Origin: Promethearchaeum syntrophicum
GTDB taxonomy: Archaea > Asgardarchaeota > Lokiarchaeia > Sigyniarchaeales > Promethearchaeaceae
DNA length: 32,000 bases
Direction of reading: 5' to 3'
NCBI RefSeq assembly: GCF_008000775.2
Contig: NZ_CP042905.2
Span: forward strand, 1,320,001 to 1,352,000
Each line of letters opens with the position of its first letter. The first letter of the stretch is position 1. Of the stretch, positions 16,975-26,020 are shown in pieces. The notes under the pieces are model-generated. The model had not been told where the DNA came from and did no database searches. It was given only the letters and a program-made list of their open reading frames with translations. The position numbers were made by a program, and so were the translations under genes.

Positions 16975-19245
16975 TTAACCCATCAATTTTTCAATAAAGG
17001 AATTAAGAAGTACTAATTTTTTTTTATATTTAGAATCTTTGAATAATCGATTTTGAATTGACTTGGGTTTAATTTCTGAATCTTTTAGGCTTCCCTTAAA
17101 ATTATAAAAGAAATCTATTACATACGATTCAATTTCACGGGAGTGGCGAGCAATTTTTTGATGTAAATTATTTTCCTTGTCAAAAATTGGAAACTCGATA
17201 TTAAAAGGATGTTTATGAATATTTCGCAAACTTCCTCGCGCACCTGTGCTCCCCATTAGCTTAACATGTTCAGTGGTATAAGGTGAATTTAAGTATCCTA
17301 TAATGTAATAAGCCTCTTCTATATTTTTTGGGATATAAAAATAAAGAGAAGTATCTACAATCATTGAATCTGTTAGAATAGCTCCCTTCACGATGCTGCC
17401 AATACCTCCATAAATTACTTTTGGTGTTTTATTCTGGCGAGGATCTGTCAAAGCTTTTCCATAATTTAATCTTTTTTCGAGATTTTCTATTTTCGCACCT
17501 TTTTTTTTATTTTTCAGGTAAATTTCTTGTAAATTTTGATAATGTTTCAGGGAAAATGGAGATCTCGGAGTTTGTAAAATAAATTCATCGTTTTCTCCTT
17601 TTTCTAATGGAAGAAATGCTTGATAGGGTAATAAATAATAAAAAGGAATTAACCCGGTACTTTTTGCAACTGAGAATATGTTAGAAGGTTCAACTTGTGC
17701 TTGTTTATAGGCAATAAATTTCCATGTACTGTAAACTTTTGATTGTAACGTTGTAGACGGTTGAATTGTTATTAAATCTAAATTAGTTCTTTTTTTAATT
17801 ATATCAATAAATAGCAGATTTCTGGGAACAAGTGATGCTCCTTGCCGAAAAAGCTTTTTGTAATCTGATGTATTATTGGTTTGCTTTGATAATTGGGATT
17901 TGGGAATTAATCTCCCTATATGTAAATTTTGTTGTGGAATTAAATTTGGTTCGTCTAAGTGAACTTCATGATTTCCTAAAATTTTAGATGGAACATATGT
18001 ACAGACTGATTTTAAGCCTATTTTTATGGGATTTTTTGAACAATGATATAATTTCCATCGAATTTTATTTCTCTCTGAAAAATCCGATATTCCCTTGCTA
18101 GCTTTGAAACAAAGATTGTGAATGCGAAAAACATCTTCATCGAATGCCCATATTTCAATATTTTTTAATCCGCAAAACTGTCGAAATAAAGAATGTTGAG
18201 CGCCAGTAGCTAAACTGGCTGGAGTTACAAAAAATATGAACCCATCTGGTTTTAAAAAATCTCGAATCATTTTGTAAATAAAAATTGTGGTTAATTCAGT
18301 AGATGTTTGATATTTACCACCGCGTAATATTCCCAATTCTTTACCCAGTTTTTTGATTCGTTCTTTTTCGGATTGTGACGGAATTCGATTTAGTACTAAC
18401 CATGGTGGATTTCCCAAAATTAAATCAAAAAATTGATTCTTTGAGATTAGTTGAAAATCGTTATCTGTTAGTAAATTTGTTTCAAAAATCTTAATTTCCC
18501 GATTTTTTAACCAAAATCCATCATATGACAAAAATAAATTCGCTCGTGCCATAATACAAGCAATAGGGTTAATATCGCATCCAATTATATTATCAATGGC
18601 TTTTTCTTCATCTTTGGGCGAAAGATTGCTTCTAGCAACCATTTTTGCTATTTCTAATAAAAATGTTCCTGAACCACAAGTAGGATCTAGCACTTTCATT
18701 CCAGTCTTATAAACATCTGAAATCATAGTCTGAGCTAGAATAGGATGTGTGTAAAATTCCCCTTTGGGATGCCTCGTGGTATTTTCTAGTAATTTTTGGT
18801 AAAGATCTGTGAATAAATCTTCGTTTTCTATCTCAAAACTTGATAATTCGGATATTAATTTAATTTGAATTTCTTTTACTTTCTGCATCATTAAAAAACT
18901 TTGAAAATAATCCGATAATTTGAGAAAGTTAAATATTTTCTTAAGAAATGTATCTGATTGTTGAATTTCATTACTTTTTGGGGTATTTCCTTTTGCCATT
19001 TTATTAATTTTTAGGAATAAAATCGATGTAATCGTATATATTAACAGACAGTGTTTAATATATAAATTCTCCCTAATTTCATCAGCTGGATAAATAATAT
19101 TAAATCTTAATTCCCACTTTTCGTAATCCTCCATGAATTCATTATCAGAGTCTTTTAAGGATTTTTTAATCAATTCGTAAATTTCTAAACCGTAATTGCT
19201 TGAGGAAAAAAAGTTATTCACAATCCAATTACTGGAAATTTTCAC
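16975..19245 (-). CDS. N6-adenine DNA methyltransferase (HsdM / type IIG-like), apparently solitary
   Basis: MKVLDPTCGSGTFLLEIAKM (motif I), FDLILGNPPWLVLNRIP (NPPW motif IV), and a C-terminal TaqI/Eco57I-like target-recognition region (YIIGYLNSPYTTEHVKL...GSLRNIHKHPFNIEFPIF). Confidence 0.9.
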   Translation of the reverse strand: MKISSNWIVNNFFSSSNYGLEIYELIKKSLKDSDNEFMEDYEKWELRFNIIYPADEIRENLYIKHCLLIYTITSILFLKINKMAKGNTPKSNEIQQSDTFLKKIFNFLKLSDYFQSFLMMQKVKEIQIKLISELSSFEIENEDLFTDLYQKLLENTTRHPKGEFYTHPILAQTMISDVYKTGMKVLDPTCGSGTFLLEIAKMVARSNLSPKDEEKAIDNIIGCDINPIACIMARANLFLSYDGFWLKNREIKIFETNLLTDNDFQLISKNQFFDLILGNPPWLVLNRIPSQSEKERIKKLGKELGILRGGKYQTSTELTTIFIYKMIRDFLKPDGFIFFVTPASLATGAQHSLFRQFCGLKNIEIWAFDEDVFRIHNLCFKASKGISDFSERNKIRWKLYHCSKNPIKIGLKSVCTYVPSKILGNHEVHLDEPNLIPQQNLHIGRLIPKSQLSKQTNNTSDYKKLFRQGASLVPRNLLFIDIIKKRTNLDLITIQPSTTLQSKVYSTWKFIAYKQAQVEPSNIFSVAKSTGLIPFYYLLPYQAFLPLEKGENDEFILQTPRSPFSLKHYQNLQEIYLKNKKKGAKIENLEKRLNYGKALTDPRQNKTPKVIYGGIGSIVKGAILTDSMIVDTSLYFYIPKNIEEAYYIIGYLNSPYTTEHVKLMGSTGARGSLRNIHKHPFNIEFPIFDKENNLHQKIARHSREIESYVIDFFYNFKGSLKDSEIKPKSIQNRLFKDSKYKKKLVLLNSFIEKLMG

Positions 19246-19495
19246 AATAATTAATCCCCAAATTCACAAATTTTTAATTTTATGCATTTTTTATCATATT
19301 ACTAATTTCAATTTTATTGTAAATTAGGACGCAAGCATATAGCGGCTTTACTTCAATATTTATCCCACTGGGGTTAAATCGTTCTTCGGAATGAATGATG
19401 TAGAGATAAGATACATGGAAATAAAATTCCCATTATGCAATTGAGTAAGTCTTAATTTTATACGATTGAAATTTAAATGAAATAATGGTGAAAAA

Positions 19496-19987
19496 ATGGG
19501 CGACACATTAGAAATATCTGCACTGGTTGAGGGAGGAAAAGCTTCGGGTGGACCTCCAATTGGACCTGCAGTCGGTCCTACGGGCATACCAATTAAGGAC
19601 GTTGTCGACACCATCAATGAAAAAACCAAAGATTTCAAAGGGTTAAAAGTTCCAGTAACAATTCTTGTCAACACCGAAGAGAGAACTTTTGAAATTAAAG
19701 TAAGTACTCCTATGGTATCTGCTTTACTTCTAAAGGAACTTGGAATAGAAAAAGGATCAAGTGAACCTACAACAGATTTTGTTGGAGATGTAACCTTTGA
19801 TCAAATTTTAACAATTACCCGTATGAAAATGGACAGTTTGAATGCTTTAAATTTAAAAACCTCTGTTAAAACCATAATTGGAACCGCGTATTCGTGCGGA
19901 ATTAAAATTGACGGTAAAACAGCGAAAGAAGTCCTAATAGAAATCAATGATGGTCTTTATGATGACAAATTAAAGGAGGGAGCTTAA
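19496..19987 (+). CDS. rpl11: Large ribosomal subunit protein L11 (uL11)
   Basis: GGKASGGPPIGPAVGPTGIPIKDVVDTINEKT, conserved L11 N-terminus; first gene of the L11-L1-L10-L12 cluster. Confidence 0.95.
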   Translation: MGDTLEISALVEGGKASGGPPIGPAVGPTGIPIKDVVDTINEKTKDFKGLKVPVTILVNTEERTFEIKVSTPMVSALLLKELGIEKGSSEPTTDFVGDVTFDQILTITRMKMDSLNALNLKTSVKTIIGTAYSCGIKIDGKTAKEVLIEINDGLYDDKLKEGA

Positions 19988-19988
19988 T

Positions 19989-20714
19989 ACGAACATTAAT
20001 CAACATTCAGTAGAAGATGCTCTTTCCAAAGCTTTAGAACAATCTGTTATCAAGATGGAAGGAAAACCTGAAAAAGTGAGAAAATTCGATGAAACTGTAG
20101 ATATAGTTATCAATGTCCGTGATGTTGATATTAAAAATCCAAATAACCGAATTGACCAAGAATTTTTATTACCACATCCCATTAAAAAGAGTCTTCCAAA
20201 GGAGAAAATCTGTTTCATTGTAAAAGATGACATGGAAATTTCCCTAAAAGAGATGGGATATGATATTATTAATCCAGGTATGCTAGACGATTTGCAAAAG
20301 CAATCCAAAAAAGAAAAAAAAGCAGTTGCTAATAAGTATGATTACTTTGTAGCAAGAGCTGATCTTATGAGGAATCTTGCAAAAGTTCTAGCTCGCTTTT
20401 TAGGGCAACAAGGAAAAATGCCGCGACCACAGCCTAAAGGATTTGGAGTTATTAGACCAAATGAAAACCTTGAAGCCTATATTGCCAAATTGAATAGAAT
20501 AATTAAAATTTCGATGAAGAAAAATTTAATTATTCAGTTAAAATTTGGTAAAAAATCCCAAGAATATAATGAATTGAAGGAAAATCTTGATTCAATATTA
20601 TCATTTGTAAAAAATACTTTACCAAATGGAAATAATAACATAAATTCAATTTATATTAAAACAACTATGGGAAAAGCTGTTAGGGTTGAAGATACAGGAA
20701 AAGGGAGGCGCTAA
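19989..20714 (+). CDS. rpl1: Large ribosomal subunit protein L1 (uL1); likely start upstream of the first ATG (20055)
   Basis: L1 motifs NRIDQEFLLPHP, YDYFVARADLM, FLGQQGKMPRPQPKG, SIYIKTTMGKAVRV. The in-frame upstream sequence NTNINQHSVEDALSKALEQSVIK matches the expected N-terminal helix, and GGAGG at 19975-19979 lies 9 nt before an in-frame ACG at 19989. The start codon itself is uncertain. Confidence 0.85.
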   Translation, partial: TNINQHSVEDALSKALEQSVIKMEGKPEKVRKFDETVDIVINVRDVDIKNPNNRIDQEFLLPHPIKKSLPKEKICFIVKDDMEISLKEMGYDIINPGMLDDLQKQSKKEKKAVANKYDYFVARADLMRNLAKVLARFLGQQGKMPRPQPKGFGVIRPNENLEAYIAKLNRIIKISMKKNLIIQLKFGKKSQEYNELKENLDSILSFVKNTLPNGNNNINSIYIKTTMGKAVRVEDTGKGRR

Positions 20715-20720
20715 TCTGAG

Positions 20721-21659
20721 ATGGTACAACGGGGAAAGGTTTCTACAACTAAAATTCAAGAAGTTGAGAAAATATCGGCACTTGTTAAAGATTTCAAGGT
20801 TATAGGACTCGCAAAGTTGGAAAAAGTTCCTGCAAAAGCATTACATAATCTTCGCGATACCCTTAGGGGCGATGTTATTATTCGAATGTCTAAGAAAAAA
20901 TTAATACAAAAGGCATTCAAAGCGAGTAAGAAAAAGAATCTAACTGAATTGGCAGATAATATATTAGGAATAACCGCAATGTTATTTACGAATATGAATC
21001 CAATTAAATTAGCTCAATTCTTAGAATCTAAAGCTGTAAAAGGTCCTGCTAAACCAGGAGATTTGGCTCCAGGCGATATTGTCGTTAAAGCTGGAGATAC
21101 AAAAATCGCACCGGGTCCGATTATTAGTGAATTATCACAGAATTTAAAACTTCAAACACTAATCAAGAATGGGACAATTCATATCCGCGAGGACAAAGTT
21201 ACGCATACAGTTGGTCAGTTAATTGATACTAAGCAAGCTCAATTATTGGGTCGATTAGGTTTAGAACCTATGACAATAAAACTAGATTTCTATTCAGCTT
21301 GGGAAGATGGTGAAATTATTCCTACGGAAGTTTTACATTTGAATATTGATACAATACTCGATAATGTGAGATTAGCCGCATCGGAAGCAATTAATCTGTC
21401 TTTAGAATTAGGAATAATAACTAGCGATACAATTAAGCCACTAATGGCAAAAGCAATTCGTTCTTCAATTGCATTAGCAGTGAATTTACCTATATTTATA
21501 CCTGAAATGGTAGATCAATATATGGCTAAAGCTACTCGTGAAGCTATTGCAATAAATGGGGCTTTCTTCGAAAGTGAAGACCAACCTGAATCAGAAGAAG
21601 AACCTGAACCAGAGAAAAAAGAAGAAGAACCATCTGGATTAGGAAATTTATTCGGTTAA
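20721..21659 (+). CDS. rplP0: Large ribosomal subunit protein L10 / acidic P0 (uL10)
   Basis: Homologous N-terminus (VKDFKVIGLAKLEKVPAKALHNLRDTLRGDVIIRMSKKKLI), GPIISELS, and acidic tail ending EEEPSGLGNLFG. Confidence 0.95.
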   Translation: MVQRGKVSTTKIQEVEKISALVKDFKVIGLAKLEKVPAKALHNLRDTLRGDVIIRMSKKKLIQKAFKASKKKNLTELADNILGITAMLFTNMNPIKLAQFLESKAVKGPAKPGDLAPGDIVVKAGDTKIAPGPIISELSQNLKLQTLIKNGTIHIREDKVTHTVGQLIDTKQAQLLGRLGLEPMTIKLDFYSAWEDGEIIPTEVLHLNIDTILDNVRLAASEAINLSLELGIITSDTIKPLMAKAIRSSIALAVNLPIFIPEMVDQYMAKATREAIAINGAFFESEDQPESEEEPEPEKKEEEPSGLGNLFG

Positions 21660-21714
21660 ATTAATAAAAATTTTTTCAGATCAAAAAATAAAAAAACTAA
21701 AAATGTGAAAAACC

Positions 21715-22017
21715 ATGGAATCTGTATACGCAGCACTCCTATTACACAAAGCAGCTAAAAAAGTAGATGAAAAAGGCATCGAAAAAGTTTTAACAGCTGC
21801 TGGTGTTGAAGTTGATAAAAACCAACTCAAGGCACTCGTTGCTGGGTTGGAAGGAAAGAACATAGATGAATTAATTGCCGGTGCATCTGCAGCTCCTGTT
21901 GCAGCCGCCCCATCCGCAGCTCCTGCAGCAGCAGAGAAGAAAGGCAAGAAGAAAGAGAAGAAGAAAGAAGAAAAGAAAGAAGAAGAACCCGCAGGTCTTG
22001 GGGCTTTATTCGGTTAA
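21715..22017 (+). CDS. rpl12: Large ribosomal subunit stalk protein P1/L12
   Basis: [54 protein letters not shown], Ala/Pro hinge, C-terminal [12 protein letters not shown] shared with the P0 tail. Confidence 0.96.
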   Translation: MESVYAALLLHKAAKKVDEKGIEKVLTAAGVEVDKNQLKALVAGLEGKNIDELIAGASAAPVAAAPSAAPAAAEKKGKKKEKKKEEKKEEEPAGLGALFG

Positions 22018-22024
22018 AATTATT

Positions 22025-22056
22025 TTCTTCAAAAATTTTTTTTTAAATTTATTTTA
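22025..22056 (+). terminator. T-rich stretch between convergent genes, candidate archaeal terminator
   Basis: tcttcaaaaatttttttttaaatttattttat immediately downstream of the ribosomal operon. Confidence 0.4.
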
Positions 22057-22061
22057 TACAA

Positions 22062-23432
22062 CTATAACTCATCCAGTGATATTTCTCCAAATGTCCCCCC
22101 CCCTCCAGGAATGAATGTAATTTTAGATTCCCGAAACGCTGAAATGATTTCAGCTACATTATTTTCTTGAAGTTTATCAATAGGAAGGTCAATTAGAATA
22201 CCATATTCTGAACCATATTTTTTGATTAAATCATCGTACATTTCAATAACAGATTTTGCCTTTGAATTTTTTACACCGCAAATTTTTCTCACGATTTCGA
22301 CCAATGGGATAATATCCAAATAAGGTGGTCTATGATCTGGGTGGTTCGGTTCGGACCATGTAGCAATTTCATTAACTCGCTCAGAAACACCAAGTTTTAA
22401 TTTTGGAATTGTGACTTTTTTACTTTTTTTATTTACTTTTTGTTTTTCTTTAATCTCAGATTCACAAGCTTTGCATATAATATCACCGTTACTGCATGAT
22501 TTTAGGAAATCTGCTTTATTTTTTTTATTTTTGAAGTTATAATGAATGAAATCAGCATCAATTTTCGAAGGTTTCCATCCAGATTGTAAGAGGTACGTGT
22601 TTTGTGTTTCTTCATTATTTTGAATTAAAGTTATAATTCTTCTCCTACATTTTCTGCAAAACATGATAAAATATTTACCCAATTTTGGTTCTAATCCAAC
22701 ATTAAGAGACACTCGTCGATTTTTTCGCCGAAAACAAGCTTTTTTAATTTCATCAAAAGACGGACTCTCTAATTCCATTCGATTGAATTCTCTTCCCAGA
22801 CTTTGTGCACCTTCAGAATGTGCATCACTATTACTTAAAAAAGTAATATTTTTAAGAGATTCCATTCTATCGGCTAAATTTGTATCTGCTGATAATCCTA
22901 ATTCCAGGAATGCAAGTTTCTTTTCAGCACCAACATAAGCTTCGGCAAGATTTTGATATCTCCCTTGACGGAAAATTGATTTAAATGGTGTGAAGGCATG
23001 AGCAGGACCGCAAATCCCTCCAACATTTTCGATTATTTCAACGATTTCTGCTGGATTTTTATTAACATGAGGCCTACCTGCCCATCTACCTATAATATTC
23101 TTGACATAAGGGGCTAATATTTCTTGTAGTTTCTCTGCAGCTGAAAAATCAGGTAAAAGAATGACATGATGGATGGATTCATTATCTTCTAATTCTGTGC
23201 CTATAATAAAACTTAGATCTTTATAGAAATACATTCCATCTCTAAATTCTAGATTCTCTTTAAGATATTTTCTCCAATCTGGTTGGGTGATGTCTCCAGT
23301 GCTTAAAATATTCAAACCCTTTTTCATTGCAGTATTGTATAAAGTTTCCAAATTCATATTTTGTGATACTGCAATGCTGTAGGGGCTATGAATGTGCAAA
23401 TCTGCATTATAAATTTGCATGTTTATCTCCAT
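22062..23432 (-). CDS. Endonuclease Q-like PHP-domain protein with zinc finger
   Basis: YNADLHIHSPYSIA, GLNILSTGDITQPDW, FIIGTELED, HVILLPDF, GPAHAFTPFKSIF and FLSNSDAHSEG; Cys pairs MFCRKCRRR...IICKACESE; domain order matches archaeal EndoQ. The start may be the Met at 23420. Confidence 0.85.
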   Translation of the reverse strand: MEINMQIYNADLHIHSPYSIAVSQNMNLETLYNTAMKKGLNILSTGDITQPDWRKYLKENLEFRDGMYFYKDLSFIIGTELEDNESIHHVILLPDFSAAEKLQEILAPYVKNIIGRWAGRPHVNKNPAEIVEIIENVGGICGPAHAFTPFKSIFRQGRYQNLAEAYVGAEKKLAFLELGLSADTNLADRMESLKNITFLSNSDAHSEGAQSLGREFNRMELESPSFDEIKKACFRRKNRRVSLNVGLEPKLGKYFIMFCRKCRRRIITLIQNNEETQNTYLLQSGWKPSKIDADFIHYNFKNKKNKADFLKSCSNGDIICKACESEIKEKQKVNKKSKKVTIPKLKLGVSERVNEIATWSEPNHPDHRPPYLDIIPLVEIVRKICGVKNSKAKSVIEMYDDLIKKYGSEYGILIDLPIDKLQENNVAEIISAFRESKITFIPGGGGTFGEISLDEL

Positions 23433-24285
23433 TTATATTTAAAGTACCTTCTAATACTTTTGTTGCATGTCCGATTATTTTAATCTGATTTTCATCAATA
23501 ATTTCCAAAATCATTGTCCCAGTCCTTCGACTTAATTGTTTCGTGGTGAATTTATTCTTTTTTAACTTTTTTTTCCAAAATGGACCAACAACCGTTGCTG
23601 CTGAGCCCGTTACAGGATCTTCAAGTATTCCCATCCAAGGCGCGAAAAATCTAAAATAAAAATCAAAATCTGAAGAGAGTTCTCCCTTACATGTTAATAT
23701 TAAACCTGATAATGGAAATTTGAAAGAACACGAAAGTAAATTTGAAGGATTGGGTGAAAATTGGGTTAGAACTTCTTTTGATTTAACTTCAATAAGCAAA
23801 TATTGCAACGAAGAATTATATACTGCAGAGAGAATTTCCTTAGATGCAAGATTGTCAATTACATCTAATTCTTCCTTTAAATCAATCACAATATTTTTTG
23901 AAATTGGAAAAATCATTTGGATTTGACCGTTATCATATATTGTATTTAATTCACCAGATTTAGTTTCAAATGATAATACTTTTGATGGATTTCCTAACAT
24001 AACAGACAAAACAAACCCTGTTGCCAAAGTTGCATGTCCACATAAATTAACTTCAACTTCAGGTGTAAACCATTGCAATTTAAATTTAGTTGCTTTTTTC
24101 CAATCAGGAATATCTATTGGGGTAACAAATGCTGTTTCTGCAAAATTTATTTCATTGGCGATAGCTTGGCGTTTTACAAAACTAAGTTTTGAATCCTTAA
24201 CATTATTGATTAAACATACTGCTGCTGGATTACCTTTGAATTGGGTTTTTGTAAAAGCGTCAATGTAATATACCGGAATTTTCAT
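23407..24285 (-). CDS. PhzF-family isomerase/epimerase-like protein
   Basis: VYYIDAFTKTQFKGNPAAVCL, ANEINFAETAFV (conserved Glu), RLQWFTPEVEVNLCGHATLATG-like region, EDPVTGSAATVVGPFW. Confidence 0.93.
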   Translation of the reverse strand: MKIPVYYIDAFTKTQFKGNPAAVCLINNVKDSKLSFVKRQAIANEINFAETAFVTPIDIPDWKKATKFKLQWFTPEVEVNLCGHATLATGFVLSVMLGNPSKVLSFETKSGELNTIYDNGQIQMIFPISKNIVIDLKEELDVIDNLASKEILSAVYNSSLQYLLIEVKSKEVLTQFSPNPSNLLSCSFKFPLSGLILTCKGELSSDFDFYFRFFAPWMGILEDPVTGSAATVVGPFWKKKLKKNKFTTKQLSRRTGTMILEIIDENQIKIIGHATKVLEGTLNINGDKHANL

Positions 24286-24543
24286 TATTTTCTCTCCTTT
24301 TATGTTTAATTATGAATAAATGATAGTTTAAATCTATTTTTAACTTTTGCTTCAAATATAGATTTATACTTTGGAAATAAGCAAAAATATAACATATTTA
24401 AGCAAAATATAAATTTAAACACCAGATTCATTTGAGTGCTTATTAAATTGATCCGAGAATTTCACATTTTTCTCATTTTTCGAAAATGAAATTAATTGTT
24501 CTAAAATTATTCCTTAAGTTTTAAATTTCTGCTTTAAGTAAAG

Positions 24544-25326
24544 ATGATAGAGGATGTTTTTTCTAAAATGCTGAATAACAAACAAGAATTATATATTAAT
24601 TATTATTTTCATCCAGTAAGAAAACCAAGATGGATGTCTCATTTATATACGCTTTTCTTAGTAGTGTTATTCTTTGGTTTCAATCAAATCATCATAACCA
24701 TTTGGAAAATAAACAGTCCTATTTCAATGAATTCTATTTTTGATGGACCAAATTTCTTTCCAAAATTTAGAATCGAATTTTCCATAATATTAATGCTAAG
24801 TATCGTTTTTTTTTCCACTGAGATAGATTTTGTACATTATAAAAACCAAATTCTTCATTATACTTCCATTTACAAAGGATATCATCGTTTATCAAAAGAA
24901 GATGTTTTTGAGAATGAAAATCGACAAGAAATTATTAAAATAATTCTTAATAATCCTGGAATACATTATAATTTAATTTTAAAACAATCTAAGCTTCCAT
25001 CTGGGCAATTACAATGGCATTTGAATATTTTATCACAATATGGAGTAATTAAAAGAGAAAAAGTAGGACGTTATTTAGTTTTTTATCCTGTATTAAATGA
25101 TGAAAGTATAGAAAAAACCGAGAATATTTTTATAAGATCTCCGACAACTATGAAAATCTATAATATTATTCAAGATTCACCCGGAATTTGTTCAAGCACA
25201 ATCGCAAAAATGCTTAAACTCAAACGAAATTCTGTGAAATATCACATTGATAAATTATTAACAGAAGATTATATTGTAAGTGTTCAGAATGGGCGAAAAA
25301 ATCATTTGTATAAAATGGATTTGTAG
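24544..25326 (+). CDS. Membrane-anchored transcriptional regulator with two C-terminal winged-HTH domains
   Basis: Two N-terminal hydrophobic segments (LYTLFLVVLFFGFNQIIITIW; FSIILMLSIVFFSTEIDF), then NRQEIIKIILNNPGIHYNLILKQSKLPSGQLQWHLNILSQYGVIKRE and SPTTMKIYNIIQDSPGICSSTIAKMLKLKRNSVKYHIDKLL. Confidence 0.8.
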   Translation: MIEDVFSKMLNNKQELYINYYFHPVRKPRWMSHLYTLFLVVLFFGFNQIIITIWKINSPISMNSIFDGPNFFPKFRIEFSIILMLSIVFFSTEIDFVHYKNQILHYTSIYKGYHRLSKEDVFENENRQEIIKIILNNPGIHYNLILKQSKLPSGQLQWHLNILSQYGVIKREKVGRYLVFYPVLNDESIEKTENIFIRSPTTMKIYNIIQDSPGICSSTIAKMLKLKRNSVKYHIDKLLTEDYIVSVQNGRKNHLYKMDL

Positions 25327-25342
25327 AAGAAGCAAATTCTCC

Positions 25343-25693
25343 CTATTTAACAGTTATAATTTTTCTTTCGGCTATATTCTGTGTATTTTTCACAATTTGA
25401 ATCTTTCCAAATCCTAAACGTATTCCTTTATAAGTAGTGAATATTATAAATCCTCCAATATATACAAAAATAAACCTTGTCCAAAATAAGCCAATAGCCA
25501 CCGCAGAGTAATTATAGAATTGAAAGAGAATGGGTTTATATAATCCCCCTTCTCCTCCTAAAGCATTCACGAAAGGATTCTCTGGCATATTGAATGTCAT
25601 GATTAATGTCAAGAATAAAACAATTACAATGATATGAATTGTTGCAATTGTCCTTCGAATTATATATCTAAGTAAGTTAATCTTTGATTTCAC
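25343..25693 (-). CDS. Small hydrophobic (2-3 TM) hypothetical protein
   Basis: TIHIIVIVLFLTLIMTF and AVAIGLFWTRFIFVYIGGFIIFTTY hydrophobic segments. Confidence 0.55.
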   Translation of the reverse strand: MKSKINLLRYIIRRTIATIHIIVIVLFLTLIMTFNMPENPFVNALGGEGGLYKPILFQFYNYSAVAIGLFWTRFIFVYIGGFIIFTTYKGIRLGFGKIQIVKNTQNIAERKIITVK

Positions 25694-25750
25694 CTAAGGT
25701 GTAAACAATAATTTAAGTATAAAAGGAATGAGGAATATATTTAGTACAAT

Positions 25751-25966
25751 TTATGTAATTTTTCTTGAAATACAATAAGAACACTTTAATTCAGAATGAG
25801 TACAATTTGGGCATGGAAATATAGTTCTACGCCCACAATTTGGGCATATAAATATTTGCGCAGGGTTTAACCTACAAATCGGGCAAATTATTCCTCCTGG
25901 TTTTAAAATCCTTAATGAAGCGTGAGAAATTGGTAGTTGATCATCAAAATTTTTTTTTTCAAACAT
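25751..25966 (-). CDS. 71-aa multi-zinc-ribbon protein (four CxxC pairs)
   Basis: GGIICPICRLNPAQIFICPNCGRRTIFPCPNCTHSELKCSYCISRK. Confidence 0.7.
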   Translation of the reverse strand: MFEKKNFDDQLPISHASLRILKPGGIICPICRLNPAQIFICPNCGRRTIFPCPNCTHSELKCSYCISRKIT

Positions 25967-26020
25967 GATCCTCTAATATTTTTTAGTCAAAACTACCTAT
26001 TTATTCATTCTGAAATTCAA

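Noticed and set aside
19360-19674. Minus-strand 104-aa ORF across the start of rpl11 (also 20000-20308 and 21681-21947)
   Set aside because: They overlap highly conserved ribosomal genes on the opposite strand, and the Gly/Pro/Ala-rich text is simply the complement of those genes.
21875-22114. 79-aa plus-strand ORF with [16 protein letters not shown]
   Set aside because: An alternative frame of the Lys/Glu-rich stalk protein hinge that runs into AT-rich intergenic DNA.
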